Part shown: positions 54,387 to 64,000 of the stretch, piece after piece
Layout of the letters: each line of letters begins with the position of its first letter
How positions within the stretch are numbered: the stretch's first letter is position 1
Translations under genes and position numbers: made by a program
Notes under the pieces: generated by a model
The model's database searches: none
Seen by the model: only the letters and a program-made list of their open reading frames with translations
Told to the model about the DNA's origin: nothing
Source of the DNA: a virus
IMG/VR virus record: IMGVR_UViG_3300022213_000004
Strand: one strand, 5' to 3'
Length of the DNA: 64,000 nucleotides

Positions 54387-56425
54387 TGCCCAAGATTAAA
54401 GCGCATAAAACCGTTGAGCAAATTGCAAAGAAGCATCGTCTTGAGACTTCTTTTATACAAAAGCAACTTGATATGGGGGAACCTATCGAACATGAACACA
54501 CTCAAGATCATGAACTTGCAATGGATATTGCTCTTCAACATCTTGACGAAATTCCAGATTATTACACTCGTTTGAAAAAAATGGAAGCATCCGCCAAAAA
54601 AGAACATAAAAAATTTAAAGATGTAAAAGAAGAAAATAGTAGTGATGGAAATCTTAAATATGAATGGGACACTCCTATTCATCCAGAAAAAATAAGATAT
54701 TGTATTAAATGTGGAAAAGATGAAACTAGAGAAGACTGCCAATATGGAACTAGATATTGGGATTTATTCTCTTTACCTTCAAAATTGAAAGAAGAAACTA
54801 AAAAGAAGGGAAGTCTTCATAAATGGTTTCAAGATTCAGAATCGACAGATAAAACCCCAGGTTGGGTTGAAGTAATCTCCGGAGAACCTTGTGCCCGCGA
54901 AGAAGGTGAAGAAGATGAAACTCCTAAGTGCGTTTCTTCGGATAAAAGAGCAAGTATGACTAAATCTGAAAGAATATCAGCACAAAGAAGAAAAAGTGCT
55001 ACAGACCCAAATCAACCAGAAAAATCTGGTGCCGCCAAACCAACATATGTTTCTACAGATTCACCTAAAAAGAAAATGAAAGAAGAGATGGACGTACAAG
55101 AAGCAAAGGATAAACCAGGTAAAGGTAGCGGTAAAAAAGATGCCTGCTATCATAAGGTAAAGTCTAGATATGATGTATGGCCAAGTGCATATGCTTCTGG
55201 AGCACTAGTCAAGTGTCGTCAAGTTGGTGCTGCAAACTGGGGAACTAAATCGGAGGAAATTATGCACGAAGAAGAAAGATACTGTCCTTTATGCGATAAG
55301 AGAGAAACAAGATCGGAATGTTCTTATGGCGGAAAAGCATGGGATAAAGTCTCCGTAAAAGACGAAGAATATTCAATGGCAAGATCAGAACTTAAAACTA
55401 TTGAAGATGCGGTAAAGAGACTTAAGGCAAGAGTTGGTAAAGGTGAGGGTTCACTGGAAGCATGGGTTCAATCAAAAATCACCAAAGCAGCTGATTATAT
55501 TGATACTGCGGCAGATTATGTTAATAGTGGCGAAATGGAAGAAGAAATTAGTTTTAAAGTTAATGAAAAAAAACCACTAACTTCTCCACAAATAAAAGTT
55601 CATAAAATGTCTCCAAAACAAAGAGGACAACTTCCCCCAGAAATGGTTGGTAAGTTAATAGGACTTACTGACTTACCTCCAATGGATTTAAATAAAAAAG
55701 AATCTATATCCATAGTTGATAAAATTTTAGAGGAATGTGGTTGTTCACATTCAAACAAAAAAAGTAAGTCTAAAAAGATCATAGTTCCAGAACAAACCAT
55801 TGAAGATGCAAACGGAAATACTTTTGCAGAAGTTGTGGATTTGATTAAACCAGAACCAATTAAAGGATTTAAGTCTCAGGTAAGCGAAGCAACAAGACTT
55901 CAAGCACAAACTGGAAATGTTATTGCAGTAGTTCTTTCCTGGAGGGGGAAATATTATTCACTTAAAATGTTTTTCCCACAAGTAAAGACGCCTTCAAGAA
56001 AAGAAATTAATGATGAGATTCAAAAAGTTTATCCAGGTTCAGTAGTTGTATATCATTCTATCTCAGAGATTCAACCAGGTCAACCACTAATTCAAATGGT
56101 TGGACCACAAGGTGGAAGTTATGCCAAACCTGGACCAAATAAAAATTATGTAAAACCAATGGGTGAAGAAGTTGATTTAAAGGAAGAAGGTCCTTCTTTG
56201 TCCGTAGGTAGGGGAGAAAAACTTCCAGTAAGTAGAGGTGGAGGTCTTACTAAAAAGGGAAGAGATAAATATAATCGTGCTACGGGTTCCAATTTACAAG
56301 CACCAGTGACTGGAGACGTAGAACCAGGAAGTAAAGCAGCAAAACGACGTAAAGCATTTTGCTCTCGCAGTAGAAGTTGGAAAGGAGAAAGAGGATTAGC
56401 GGCAAGAAGACGTTGGAAGTGTTAA
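54386..56425 (+). CDS. Modular polyprotein-like late protein
   Basis: Series of small basic or Cys-containing modules separated by (L/V/M/I)xE-E/A linkers. Confidence 0.7.
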   Translation: MPKIKAHKTVEQIAKKHRLETSFIQKQLDMGEPIEHEHTQDHELAMDIALQHLDEIPDYYTRLKKMEASAKKEHKKFKDVKEENSSDGNLKYEWDTPIHPEKIRYCIKCGKDETREDCQYGTRYWDLFSLPSKLKEETKKKGSLHKWFQDSESTDKTPGWVEVISGEPCAREEGEEDETPKCVSSDKRASMTKSERISAQRRKSATDPNQPEKSGAAKPTYVSTDSPKKKMKEEMDVQEAKDKPGKGSGKKDACYHKVKSRYDVWPSAYASGALVKCRQVGAANWGTKSEEIMHEEERYCPLCDKRETRSECSYGGKAWDKVSVKDEEYSMARSELKTIEDAVKRLKARVGKGEGSLEAWVQSKITKAADYIDTAADYVNSGEMEEEISFKVNEKKPLTSPQIKVHKMSPKQRGQLPPEMVGKLIGLTDLPPMDLNKKESISIVDKILEECGCSHSNKKSKSKKIIVPEQTIEDANGNTFAEVVDLIKPEPIKGFKSQVSEATRLQAQTGNVIAVVLSWRGKYYSLKMFFPQVKTPSRKEINDEIQKVYPGSVVVYHSISEIQPGQPLIQMVGPQGGSYAKPGPNKNYVKPMGEEVDLKEEGPSLSVGRGEKLPVSRGGGLTKKGRDKYNRATGSNLQAPVTGDVEPGSKAAKRRKAFCSRSRSWKGERGLAARRRWKC

Positions 56426-56461
56426 TTTATTTTTATATTTAAAAAATAGAGGTGATTTATT

Positions 56462-58108
56462 ATGTCAAATGATGTTTATCTCGGTAATCCGCTTTTAAAA
56501 AAAGCAAATACCCCGATGGAGTTTACTCAAGAACAAATTCTTGAGTTTGTTAAGTGTCAGAATGATCCCGTTTACTTTGCAAATAATTATGTAAAGATCG
56601 TGACCCTGGATCACGGTCTTCAAACATTCAAACCATATCATTTTCAAGAGAAGTTAATTAATAATTTCCACAATCATAGATTTAATATCTGCAAGATGCC
56701 ACGACAGACTGGCAAATCAACGACTGTCATATCTTTTCTATTACACTATGCAGTTTTTAATGATAACGTAAATATTGGTATTCTCGCAAACAAAGCAGCA
56801 ACAGCAAGAGAGCTCTTAGACAGACTGCAAACCGCTTATGAAAATCTACCAAAGTGGATGCAACAAGGAATCATATCATGGAACAAAGGTTCCTTGGAAT
56901 TGGAGAATGGAAGTAAAATCTTGGCTGCTTCTACTTCTGCTTCTGCGGTTCGTGGTATGTCATTCAATATCTTATTTTTGGATGAATTTGCGTTCGTTCC
57001 CAATCACATCGCAGACTCATTCTTTGCATCAGTTTATCCGACAATTACTTCAGGTAAACAAACCAAAGTTATAATTGTTTCTACACCACACGGTATGAAT
57101 CATTTCTACCGAATGTGGCACGATGCAGAAAAAGGTAAAAATGAATATGTCTTTACAGACGTTCATTGGAGTGAAGTTCCTGGAAGAGATGAGGAGTGGA
57201 AAAAGCAAACAATTGCAAACACGTCAGAACAACAATTCAAGGTTGAGTTTGAATGCGAATTCTTAGGTTCTGTCGATACTCTTATTGCACCATCTAAACT
57301 CAGAACCCTCGTATACGATGCCCCCAAGACCCGCAGCGCGGGTTTAGATGTTTATATTGATCCTGAGGAGAATCATGATTATCTCATCACTGTAGACGTT
57401 GCTAGAGGTGTGGGAAACGACTATTCAGCATTTACAGTCATAGATATCACTGAATTTCCACACAAAGTTGTTGCAAAGTACCGAAATAATGAAATAAAAC
57501 CAATGCTTTTCCCAAGCATTATTCATGAAACAGCAACTGCATATAATAGTGCTTATGTTTTATGTGAGGTTAATGACGTTGGGGATCAAGTAGCAAGTAT
57601 TATTCAATATGATTTGGAATACAATAATCTTCTTATGTGCTCTATGAGAGGTAGGGCAGGTCAGATTGTTGGACAAGGATTTTCTGGGAAGAAAACGCAA
57701 CTCGGTGTCAAGATGTCCAAAACGGTCAAGAAAGTTGGTTGTCTCAATCTAAAGACAATGATTGAAGAAAGTAAGTTATTACTGAATGATTATGAGATTA
57801 TCAGTGAACTTACAACTTTTATTCAGAAACATAATTCTTTTGAAGCAGAAGAAGGTTGCAATGATGACTTAGCAATGTGTCTTGTAATTTATGCTTGGTT
57901 GGTTGCTCAAGACTACTTTAAGGAGCTCACCGACCAAGACGTGAGAAAAAGATTATATGAAGAACAAAAGAATCAGATTGAACAAGATATGGCACCTTTT
58001 GGATTTGTATCTGATGGATTAGATTCCAGTAGTTTTGTCGATACAGACGGTGATCGGTGGTATGTTGATGAATATGGAGATCGCGCTTATATGTGGGAAT
58101 ATATGTAA
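56462..58108 (+). CDS. gp17: Terminase large subunit gp17
   Basis: YLGNPLLK, PRQTGKST Walker A, FLDEFAF Walker B, STPHG, VDVARG, DDLAM. Confidence 0.97.
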   Translation: MSNDVYLGNPLLKKANTPMEFTQEQILEFVKCQNDPVYFANNYVKIVTLDHGLQTFKPYHFQEKLINNFHNHRFNICKMPRQTGKSTTVISFLLHYAVFNDNVNIGILANKAATARELLDRLQTAYENLPKWMQQGIISWNKGSLELENGSKILAASTSASAVRGMSFNILFLDEFAFVPNHIADSFFASVYPTITSGKQTKVIIVSTPHGMNHFYRMWHDAEKGKNEYVFTDVHWSEVPGRDEEWKKQTIANTSEQQFKVEFECEFLGSVDTLIAPSKLRTLVYDAPKTRSAGLDVYIDPEENHDYLITVDVARGVGNDYSAFTVIDITEFPHKVVAKYRNNEIKPMLFPSIIHETATAYNSAYVLCEVNDVGDQVASIIQYDLEYNNLLMCSMRGRAGQIVGQGFSGKKTQLGVKMSKTVKKVGCLNLKTMIEESKLLLNDYEIISELTTFIQKHNSFEAEEGCNDDLAMCLVIYAWLVAQDYFKELTDQDVRKRLYEEQKNQIEQDMAPFGFVSDGLDSSSFVDTDGDRWYVDEYGDRAYMWEYM

Positions 58109-58339
58109 ATGGATTTAGATAAGCAGATAAAACTTGGACATTTGTTATTAGCAGATAGAAAATGTAGAGTCTGTGGCGAAATAAAAAATCTAATAGATGG
58201 ATTTTATAGAACAAGAAAAGATAGAGGACCAGTTGCATCTTCTTATTCTTATGAGTGTAAAGAATGTACTATAAAAAGAATTATTGAAACTAAAAGAAGC
58301 GCAGCGCCATCTATAAATTGGGAATACCCTGATTGGTAG
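58109..58339 (+). CDS. Small zinc-ribbon protein
   Basis: CRVC..CKEC. Confidence 0.75.
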   Translation: MDLDKQIKLGHLLLADRKCRVCGEIKNLIDGFYRTRKDRGPVASSYSYECKECTIKRIIETKRSAAPSINWEYPDW

Positions 58340-58421
58340 ATATTCACGTCAGGTTTCCCCCGTGTAAAGTATCTTTTTAATAAATATTTTTTAGATAAAC
58401 TGAGATTTCACGGAGAAAAAA

Positions 58422-60893
58422 ATGGCGACTCCTCAATTATCTCCAGGCGTACTCGTCAGGGAAGTTGATTTAACTGTAGGAAGAGCTGATAATGTTTTAG
58501 ATAATATTGGTGCAATTGCTGGACCCTTCCCAATTGGACCCGTTGATTACCCTATTGATATTACTACTGAGCAAGATTTAATTAACGTATTTGGAAAACC
58601 ACAAACCACGGATTCCCAGTATGAATATTGGATGAGCGCCTCGTCCTACCTATCATATGGCGGAGTTCTCAAAGTTGTTAGAACTGGTGGAACATCTTTA
58701 AATAACGCGAATGCTGGAGTTGGAGTTGCTTCAGATACCAGCTTAAAAATTGATAATTATGACGATTATTTAAATAATCACGCAGAGGCTACGGAATTTT
58801 ATTTTGCAGCAAAAAATCCAGGATCTTGGGCAAATGGTCTTAAGGTTTGTATTATTGATGATTTAGCAGATCAAACTATAGGAATTACAACACTTAATGT
58901 TGCAAATCTCGGCATAAGTGCCAGTATGGGAGTAACCGTAGCATTAAATTCTGTTAAAATACCAACTTCAAGTGGAATAACTACATTTAATGGATATCTT
59001 AAAGGAATTATTACGGGAGTAACTACAGATTCTGTAAATGGAAATAGTACTTTAAATGTAAAAATTGTTTCTAGAGTATCTTCCGGTTCAACACAGTTTA
59101 ATACAACTTTAGTATCAGCAGCAACGACTAGTGCAAACGCAGGAATCAGCACAGTTTATGTGAACAGTATTGATGGAATAAATGCACTTTCCGATTTAAT
59201 TACTGTAAATGGACTTTCAAACGTTGCAATTAGTGCTGTTGGAATAGCAACTGCTGGCGTTGGTTTGGGATTAACTGAATTTTATGGATATTATGTTACA
59301 TTAAGCACCCCATTGACTTCTGGAATTTCTGCAGGAGTAGGTGTCACTTTCACTAGACTTGTAACAATAGGTTCAACTGAGACAAGTGTTGACTATGCAA
59401 GTGAAACAAGACATTCATCATTTAATTTAAGCGACACTATTAACGTTGTCAATTCTTCAGGAACATCTGTTGAAACTTTTTCTGCTGTTAGTGTTAGCGA
59501 TTGGTACGATCAACAAACTTTACAATTAGATAGTGGAATAATTTATTGGAAATCTATTGCACCAAAACCCGTTTCTAACAAATATGTTTTAGATAGAAAT
59601 GGTAAAAATGACGGAATTCACGTTGTTGTAGTTGATGATTCCGGATCTATTAGTGGAAATCAAGGAACAATTCTTGAGAAACATCTGAGTCTCTCTAAGG
59701 CATCAGATACAGTTTCATCCGCAAATTCTCCTCAAAAGATTTGGTATAAACAATATATTGCAGATTTTTCTTCACAGGTTTTTGCTGGAGGAAATCAATC
59801 AAATTCTTCAGATTCTTACTGGGGAACTTCTCCAAGAGCAACTGCATTCTCAACAGGATTTACTCCAGTTACTGGATTATGGGGTTCTTCTGCACAAGGA
59901 ACAAAGTTTAGTGCAATTGGAAATAAAACCTACACTTTAGGTGGCGGAGTTGATTATTCTGCATCAGGAGGACTGACAGCAACTCTTGGAGATTTGCAGA
60001 CATCATACAATTTATTTTCAAACAAAGATGAAATTCAAGTTGATTATTTGATTATGGGTCCTGGACTAACAGGTGATGCCAACAATCCTTTTGATTCACA
60101 AGCAAAAGCACAATACTTGATTTCTATAGCGGAACAAAGAAAAGATTGTGTTGCTTGTATTGGACCACATAGAACATCGATTGTTGGACAAACAAACACA
60201 ACTACACAAACAACGAATCTAATCAAATACTTTAGTTCGCTTTCTTCTTCATCATATGCAGTCTTTGATAGTGGATATAAGTACACCTATGATAGATTCA
60301 ATAATAAATTCGTATATATTCCTTGCAACGCTGACGTTGCAGGTTTGATGTGCCGCACAAATATCGTAGCATATCCATGGTTCTCTCCTGCTGGTCAGCA
60401 AAGAGGAATTATCAACAATGCAATCAAACTTGCATATAATCCAAATAAGACACAAAGAGATCAACTTTATCCACAGAGAGTTAACGCAATTGTAACTCAA
60501 CCTGGAATCGGCACTCTTCTGTTTGGTGATAAAACTGCTCTCGGTTATGCATCAGCGTTTGATAGAATCAATGTTCGTCGTCTCTTCCTCACCATCGAGC
60601 AAGCTCTGCAAAGAGCAGCACAATCTCAACTCTTTGAATTAAACGATGAACTAACTAGAGCAAACTTCAGAAACATTGTTGAACCATATCTGCGTGATGT
60701 TCAGGCAAAGAGAGGTCTTTATGGATTTCTTGTTGTTTGTGATAGTTCTAATAATACCCCAGATGTTATTGATAATAATGAATTTAGAGCAGATATCTTC
60801 TTAAAACCAGCCAAATCCATTAACTACGTCACTCTTACATTTGTCGCAACCCGCACTGGCATAAGCTTTGAAGAAGTAGTCGGAACAGTTTAA
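58422..60893 (+). CDS. gp18: Tail sheath protein gp18
   Basis: SPGVLVREVDLT; YPWFSPAG..RG; FDRINVRRLF; KPAKSINY..L.FVA. Confidence 0.97.
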   Translation: MATPQLSPGVLVREVDLTVGRADNVLDNIGAIAGPFPIGPVDYPIDITTEQDLINVFGKPQTTDSQYEYWMSASSYLSYGGVLKVVRTGGTSLNNANAGVGVASDTSLKIDNYDDYLNNHAEATEFYFAAKNPGSWANGLKVCIIDDLADQTIGITTLNVANLGISASMGVTVALNSVKIPTSSGITTFNGYLKGIITGVTTDSVNGNSTLNVKIVSRVSSGSTQFNTTLVSAATTSANAGISTVYVNSIDGINALSDLITVNGLSNVAISAVGIATAGVGLGLTEFYGYYVTLSTPLTSGISAGVGVTFTRLVTIGSTETSVDYASETRHSSFNLSDTINVVNSSGTSVETFSAVSVSDWYDQQTLQLDSGIIYWKSIAPKPVSNKYVLDRNGKNDGIHVVVVDDSGSISGNQGTILEKHLSLSKASDTVSSANSPQKIWYKQYIADFSSQVFAGGNQSNSSDSYWGTSPRATAFSTGFTPVTGLWGSSAQGTKFSAIGNKTYTLGGGVDYSASGGLTATLGDLQTSYNLFSNKDEIQVDYLIMGPGLTGDANNPFDSQAKAQYLISIAEQRKDCVACIGPHRTSIVGQTNTTTQTTNLIKYFSSLSSSSYAVFDSGYKYTYDRFNNKFVYIPCNADVAGLMCRTNIVAYPWFSPAGQQRGIINNAIKLAYNPNKTQRDQLYPQRVNAIVTQPGIGTLLFGDKTALGYASAFDRINVRRLFLTIEQALQRAAQSQLFELNDELTRANFRNIVEPYLRDVQAKRGLYGFLVVCDSSNNTPDVIDNNEFRADIFLKPAKSINYVTLTFVATRTGISFEEVVGTV

Positions 60894-60930
60894 GAATTTT
60901 ATCCAAACAACTATAAAGGAGTAAAGAATC

Positions 60931-61632
60931 ATGTCTATTGGAGCTTATTCAATCTCACAATTTAAATCAAAACTATCGGGTGGTGGAGCCCGCGCAAATT
61001 TATTTGAAGTTAGAATGAATTTACCTTCAGGATTGTCTTGGGGAGGAGGAAAATCTGCCGCCTCTTCAAGTGCAAGCACTGGCAATAATAATGAAAAAGC
61101 ATCTAACACAAGCAGCTCTGCAGAAACTTTTATATTTTTATGCAAAGCAGCTGCTTTACCGGCATCTAATGTTGCATCAATAGATGTTCCATTTAGGGGA
61201 AGAACTTTTAAAGTTGCTGGCGATAGAACTGTTGATCCCTGGACAATCACAGTTATAAATGATGAGGATTTTCAGTTAAGAAGAACTTTTGAGCAGTGGG
61301 TGAACTCCATCGCCACCTTGGAATCGAATGTTGGATCAACCAATCCATCAAATTATATGGCTAGTGCAAATGTTTATCAATTAGGAAGATCATCGGCATC
61401 ATCTGGCGGAAAAACTGACTCAAACACAAATGCATCTTCACTTACTCATTCAGTTTTAGCGAATTATAAATTTGTTGATATTTTTCCAACCACAGTTTCT
61501 CAAATTGATCTTTCATACGATTCATCAAATACTATTGAAGAATTTACGGTAGAATTCCAGGTTCAAAATTGGAGTTATGTGGGAACCAGCTTAGAGTCTA
61601 CTTCTTCATCTTCGGAAGAAGATGAAAAATAA
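60931..61632 (+). CDS. gp19: Tail tube protein gp19 with Ser-rich insertions
   Basis: GGARANLFEV; FLCKAAALP; VPFRGR..KVAGDRT..W; IEEFTVEFQ. Confidence 0.95.
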   Translation: MSIGAYSISQFKSKLSGGGARANLFEVRMNLPSGLSWGGGKSAASSSASTGNNNEKASNTSSSAETFIFLCKAAALPASNVASIDVPFRGRTFKVAGDRTVDPWTITVINDEDFQLRRTFEQWVNSIATLESNVGSTNPSNYMASANVYQLGRSSASSGGKTDSNTNASSLTHSVLANYKFVDIFPTTVSQIDLSYDSSNTIEEFTVEFQVQNWSYVGTSLESTSSSSEEDEK

Positions 61633-61677
61633 TAATCAATTTAAATTTAAATAAATAAGTAAAATTACTAATAAATT

Positions 61678-63357
61678 ATGGCAAGATTGTTTGGATTTTC
61701 CATTGAGGATAATGAACCATTATCTCCCGGTGTGGTCAGTCCAGTTCCCCAAAACAATGAGGACGGGACTGACCACTATCTGAGTAGTGGTTTTTTTGGT
61801 TCATATGTTGATATTGAAGGTGTTTATAGGACTGAGTTTGATCTAATTAAAAGATATCGTGAAATGGCACTTCACCCAGAATGTGATAGTGCTATTGAAG
61901 ATATTGTAAACGAAGCAATTGTATCAGATACAAATGATACTCCTATAGAAATTGAACTTTCTAATTTAAATGCAAGTGACGGAATTAAGAAAAAAATAAG
62001 GCAAGAGTTTAAATATATTCTTTCTCTTTTAGATTTTGATAAAAAATCTCACGAAATCTACAGAAATTGGTATATAGATGGTAGATTGTATTACCATAAA
62101 GTAATTGACCTCAAGAATCCGCACGAAGGAATTCAAGAGTTGCGTTACATAGACCCAATGAAAATGAGGTATGTAAGGCAACAAAAGAAGTCAGAAAAGG
62201 ATAGATATAGACTATCAAATATTAATACAGATAATCCAATGGATTTTGAGTTTCCTCAAATCGAGGAATACTTCATTTATAATCCCAAAATGACATATCC
62301 AGCAAGCAATCCATCATCTCTTGGCGGAACTGCTGGAATCAAAATGTCAAAGGATTCCATTACATATTGCACTTCTGGACTTGTAGATAGAAATAAGGGA
62401 TCAACTCTTTCATACCTCCACAAGGCAATCAAGTCTCTTAATCAACTGCGAATGATTGAGGATTCTTTAGTCATTTATCGTCTCTCTCGGGCTCCAGAAA
62501 GAAGAATTTTTTACATTGATGTAGGTAATCTTCCGAAGGTTAAAGCAGAACAATACCTTCGCGATGTTATGATGCGTTATCGCAACAAACTTGTATATGA
62601 TGCAAATACTGGAGAAATTCGTGACGACAAGAAGTTTATGGCAATGCTTGAGGACTTCTGGCTTCCAAGAAGAGAAGGTGGTAGAGGAACTGAAATCTCT
62701 ACACTTCCTGGTGGTCAGAATCTTGGAGAAATTACAGATATTGAGTATTTTAAGAAAAAACTTTATCGTTCACTAAACGTTCCCCCCTCAAGAATGGATG
62801 GAGAGGGTGGATTTAATCTTGGACGCTCATCAGAAATTCTCCGCGATGAAGTTAAGTTCAGTAAGTTTGTTTCTCGTTTAAGAAAGAGATTCTCATATAT
62901 GTTCCACGATATGTTGAGAACTCAACTGATTCTTAAAAATATTATTACTCCAGAAGATTGGAACATTATGGAAGAGCATATTCAATATGACTTCCTATAT
63001 GACAATCATTTTGCAGAACTTAAAGATGCGGAGTTGATGAATGAAAGACTTGGTATGGTTCAAATTGCAGAACCATATGTTGGGAAGTATTTTTCTCAAG
63101 ATTATCTGAGAAGAAAAATTCTTCGCCAAACAGATGAAGAAATTCTTGAGCAAGATAAGATTATGAAAAAAGAGATTAAAGATGGAATTATCCCCGATCC
63201 AAATGCTCCAGTAGATCCAATGACAGGAATGCCTTTAGATCAAACTGCTCAAATGGATTTAGGTCAACCAGTAATGGAACCAAATCTTGATGCTCAAGGT
63301 GCTGCAACTGAGGCAAGTGGAAAGATTGCAGAAATGCCCAAGGGTGGCGAGATATAA
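61678..63357 (+). CDS. gp20: Portal vertex protein gp20
   Basis: YRLSRAPERRIFYIDVGNLPK.KAEQY; EDFWLPRREGGRGTEI.TLPGG. Confidence 0.97.
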   Translation: MARLFGFSIEDNEPLSPGVVSPVPQNNEDGTDHYLSSGFFGSYVDIEGVYRTEFDLIKRYREMALHPECDSAIEDIVNEAIVSDTNDTPIEIELSNLNASDGIKKKIRQEFKYILSLLDFDKKSHEIYRNWYIDGRLYYHKVIDLKNPHEGIQELRYIDPMKMRYVRQQKKSEKDRYRLSNINTDNPMDFEFPQIEEYFIYNPKMTYPASNPSSLGGTAGIKMSKDSITYCTSGLVDRNKGSTLSYLHKAIKSLNQLRMIEDSLVIYRLSRAPERRIFYIDVGNLPKVKAEQYLRDVMMRYRNKLVYDANTGEIRDDKKFMAMLEDFWLPRREGGRGTEISTLPGGQNLGEITDIEYFKKKLYRSLNVPPSRMDGEGGFNLGRSSEILRDEVKFSKFVSRLRKRFSYMFHDMLRTQLILKNIITPEDWNIMEEHIQYDFLYDNHFAELKDAELMNERLGMVQIAEPYVGKYFSQDYLRRKILRQTDEEILEQDKIMKKEIKDGIIPDPNAPVDPMTGMPLDQTAQMDLGQPVMEPNLDAQGAATEASGKIAEMPKGGEI

Positions 63358-63386
63358 ATAAAAAAAAATATTATTAGGTATTAACA

Positions 63387-63548
63387 ATGGATGAACTTAT
63401 GGATATGATTGTAGGTGATGAAGCACCTTCTCAAATCAGCGATAAAATTAAAGAACTTTTGTTTGCAAAGTCTTCTGAAAAGATTGACGAATTTCGCCCA
63501 GCAGTTGCAAATGCTATGTTTAGCGGAGAAACCGAAGAGGAAGAATGA
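63387..63548 (+). CDS. Small acidic protein, probable prohead core protein (gp67 position)
   Basis: 53 aa after late promoter 63353; synteny downstream of gp20. Confidence 0.6.
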   Translation: MDELMDMIVGDEAPSQISDKIKELLFAKSSEKIDEFRPAVANAMFSGETEEEE

Positions 63549-63868
63549 AATCTTTTAAAGAATTCCTTTCAGAGTCAGTAAATATTTCTGGAGATTTTAA
63601 CGGAAATCTCTACATCAATTCTTCTCAACCAGAATCACAACAAGTTGGAGAGGAATATGTTGCAGATGTAATGTGGAATGGAAGTCTTTACAGAATGGAA
63701 ATGACCACTCAAAGTGGCGGCATTCCATCCAAAAGAGATTTGGGAGAACAACTACAAACTCAATATCCAGGTGCTGTAGTTCAGCAGATATATCCAGTCG
63801 AAGAGAAAAACTTTAACATTAAAAAAGCAAGTAGATACAACCCATCGAAGTTGGAATGGATTGATTAA
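63545..63868 (+). CDS. Protein with capsid-targeting-like N-terminus
   Basis: MKSFKEFLSE; C-terminal LQTQYPGAVV resembles module IQKVYPGSVV of 54386-56425. Confidence 0.65.
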   Translation: MKSFKEFLSESVNISGDFNGNLYINSSQPESQQVGEEYVADVMWNGSLYRMEMTTQSGGIPSKRDLGEQLQTQYPGAVVQQIYPVEEKNFNIKKASRYNPSKLEWID

Positions 63869-63870
63869 TA

Positions 63871-64000
63871 ATGGCTATTTGGAATAAGACTACACAAGAT
63901 TATTTAAATCAGGAAAGAACCCTACACGAGGTTTATATCCGTGCTGATGAGTATGGAAATATTCTAAATGAGAGTGCTTGCTCCAAATCTGCATTTGGAG
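63871..64000 (+). CDS. Hypothetical protein, 5' part (truncated by window edge)
   Basis: Open frame from ATG 63871 to window end. Confidence 0.6.
   Translation, partial: MAIWNKTTQDYLNQERTLHEVYIRADEYGNILNESACSKSAFG

Noticed and set aside
56462-58108. Intein or intron in terminase
   Set aside because: Length and motif spacing are continuous, with no splicing motifs.
83-61250. Minus-strand ORFs in the track other than 4987-5190 (e.g. 11754-12476, 14665-15537, 17571-18386)
   Set aside because: They are antisense shadows of well-supported + strand genes, with no motifs or expression signals.

Overview
This window is part of a T4-like myovirus genome, most likely a cyanomyovirus. That host call is inferred from gene order and protein style; no photosynthesis genes are present. 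Nearly all genes are on the + strand, in three blocks. (1) 1-21.7 kb is an accessory/early region of about 70 small ORFs. It contains two GIY-YIG endonuclease genes, a PD-(D/E)xK nuclease plus N6-adenine methyltransferase pair, an SF2 helicase, an ArdA-like protein and three tRNAs (Ala-UGC, Arg-ACG, CAU). It is punctuated by 15 copies of an 8-8-8 palindrome placed 28-30 bp upstream of a -10 box; a 16th copy lies in block 2. (2) 21.7-23.5 kb is almost non-coding. It has divergent promoters, tandem repeats and a 36-bp repeat at 72-bp period, and is a candidate origin and/or ncRNA locus. (3) 23.5-64 kb is the late structural cluster: gp25, gp6, a giant gp7, gp8, a VrlC-like protein, then gp13-gp20, with TATAAATA late promoters. 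The most notable candidates are: a conserved late promoter / antisense small RNA / terminator / late promoter cassette in front of both GIY-YIG genes, with covarying complementarity to each nuclease mRNA 5' end; the repeat-rich non-coding locus; the palindromic promoter cassettes that abut gene ends; and a modular polyprotein between the two terminase genes. Family names come from motif recognition by eye, not from database searches.
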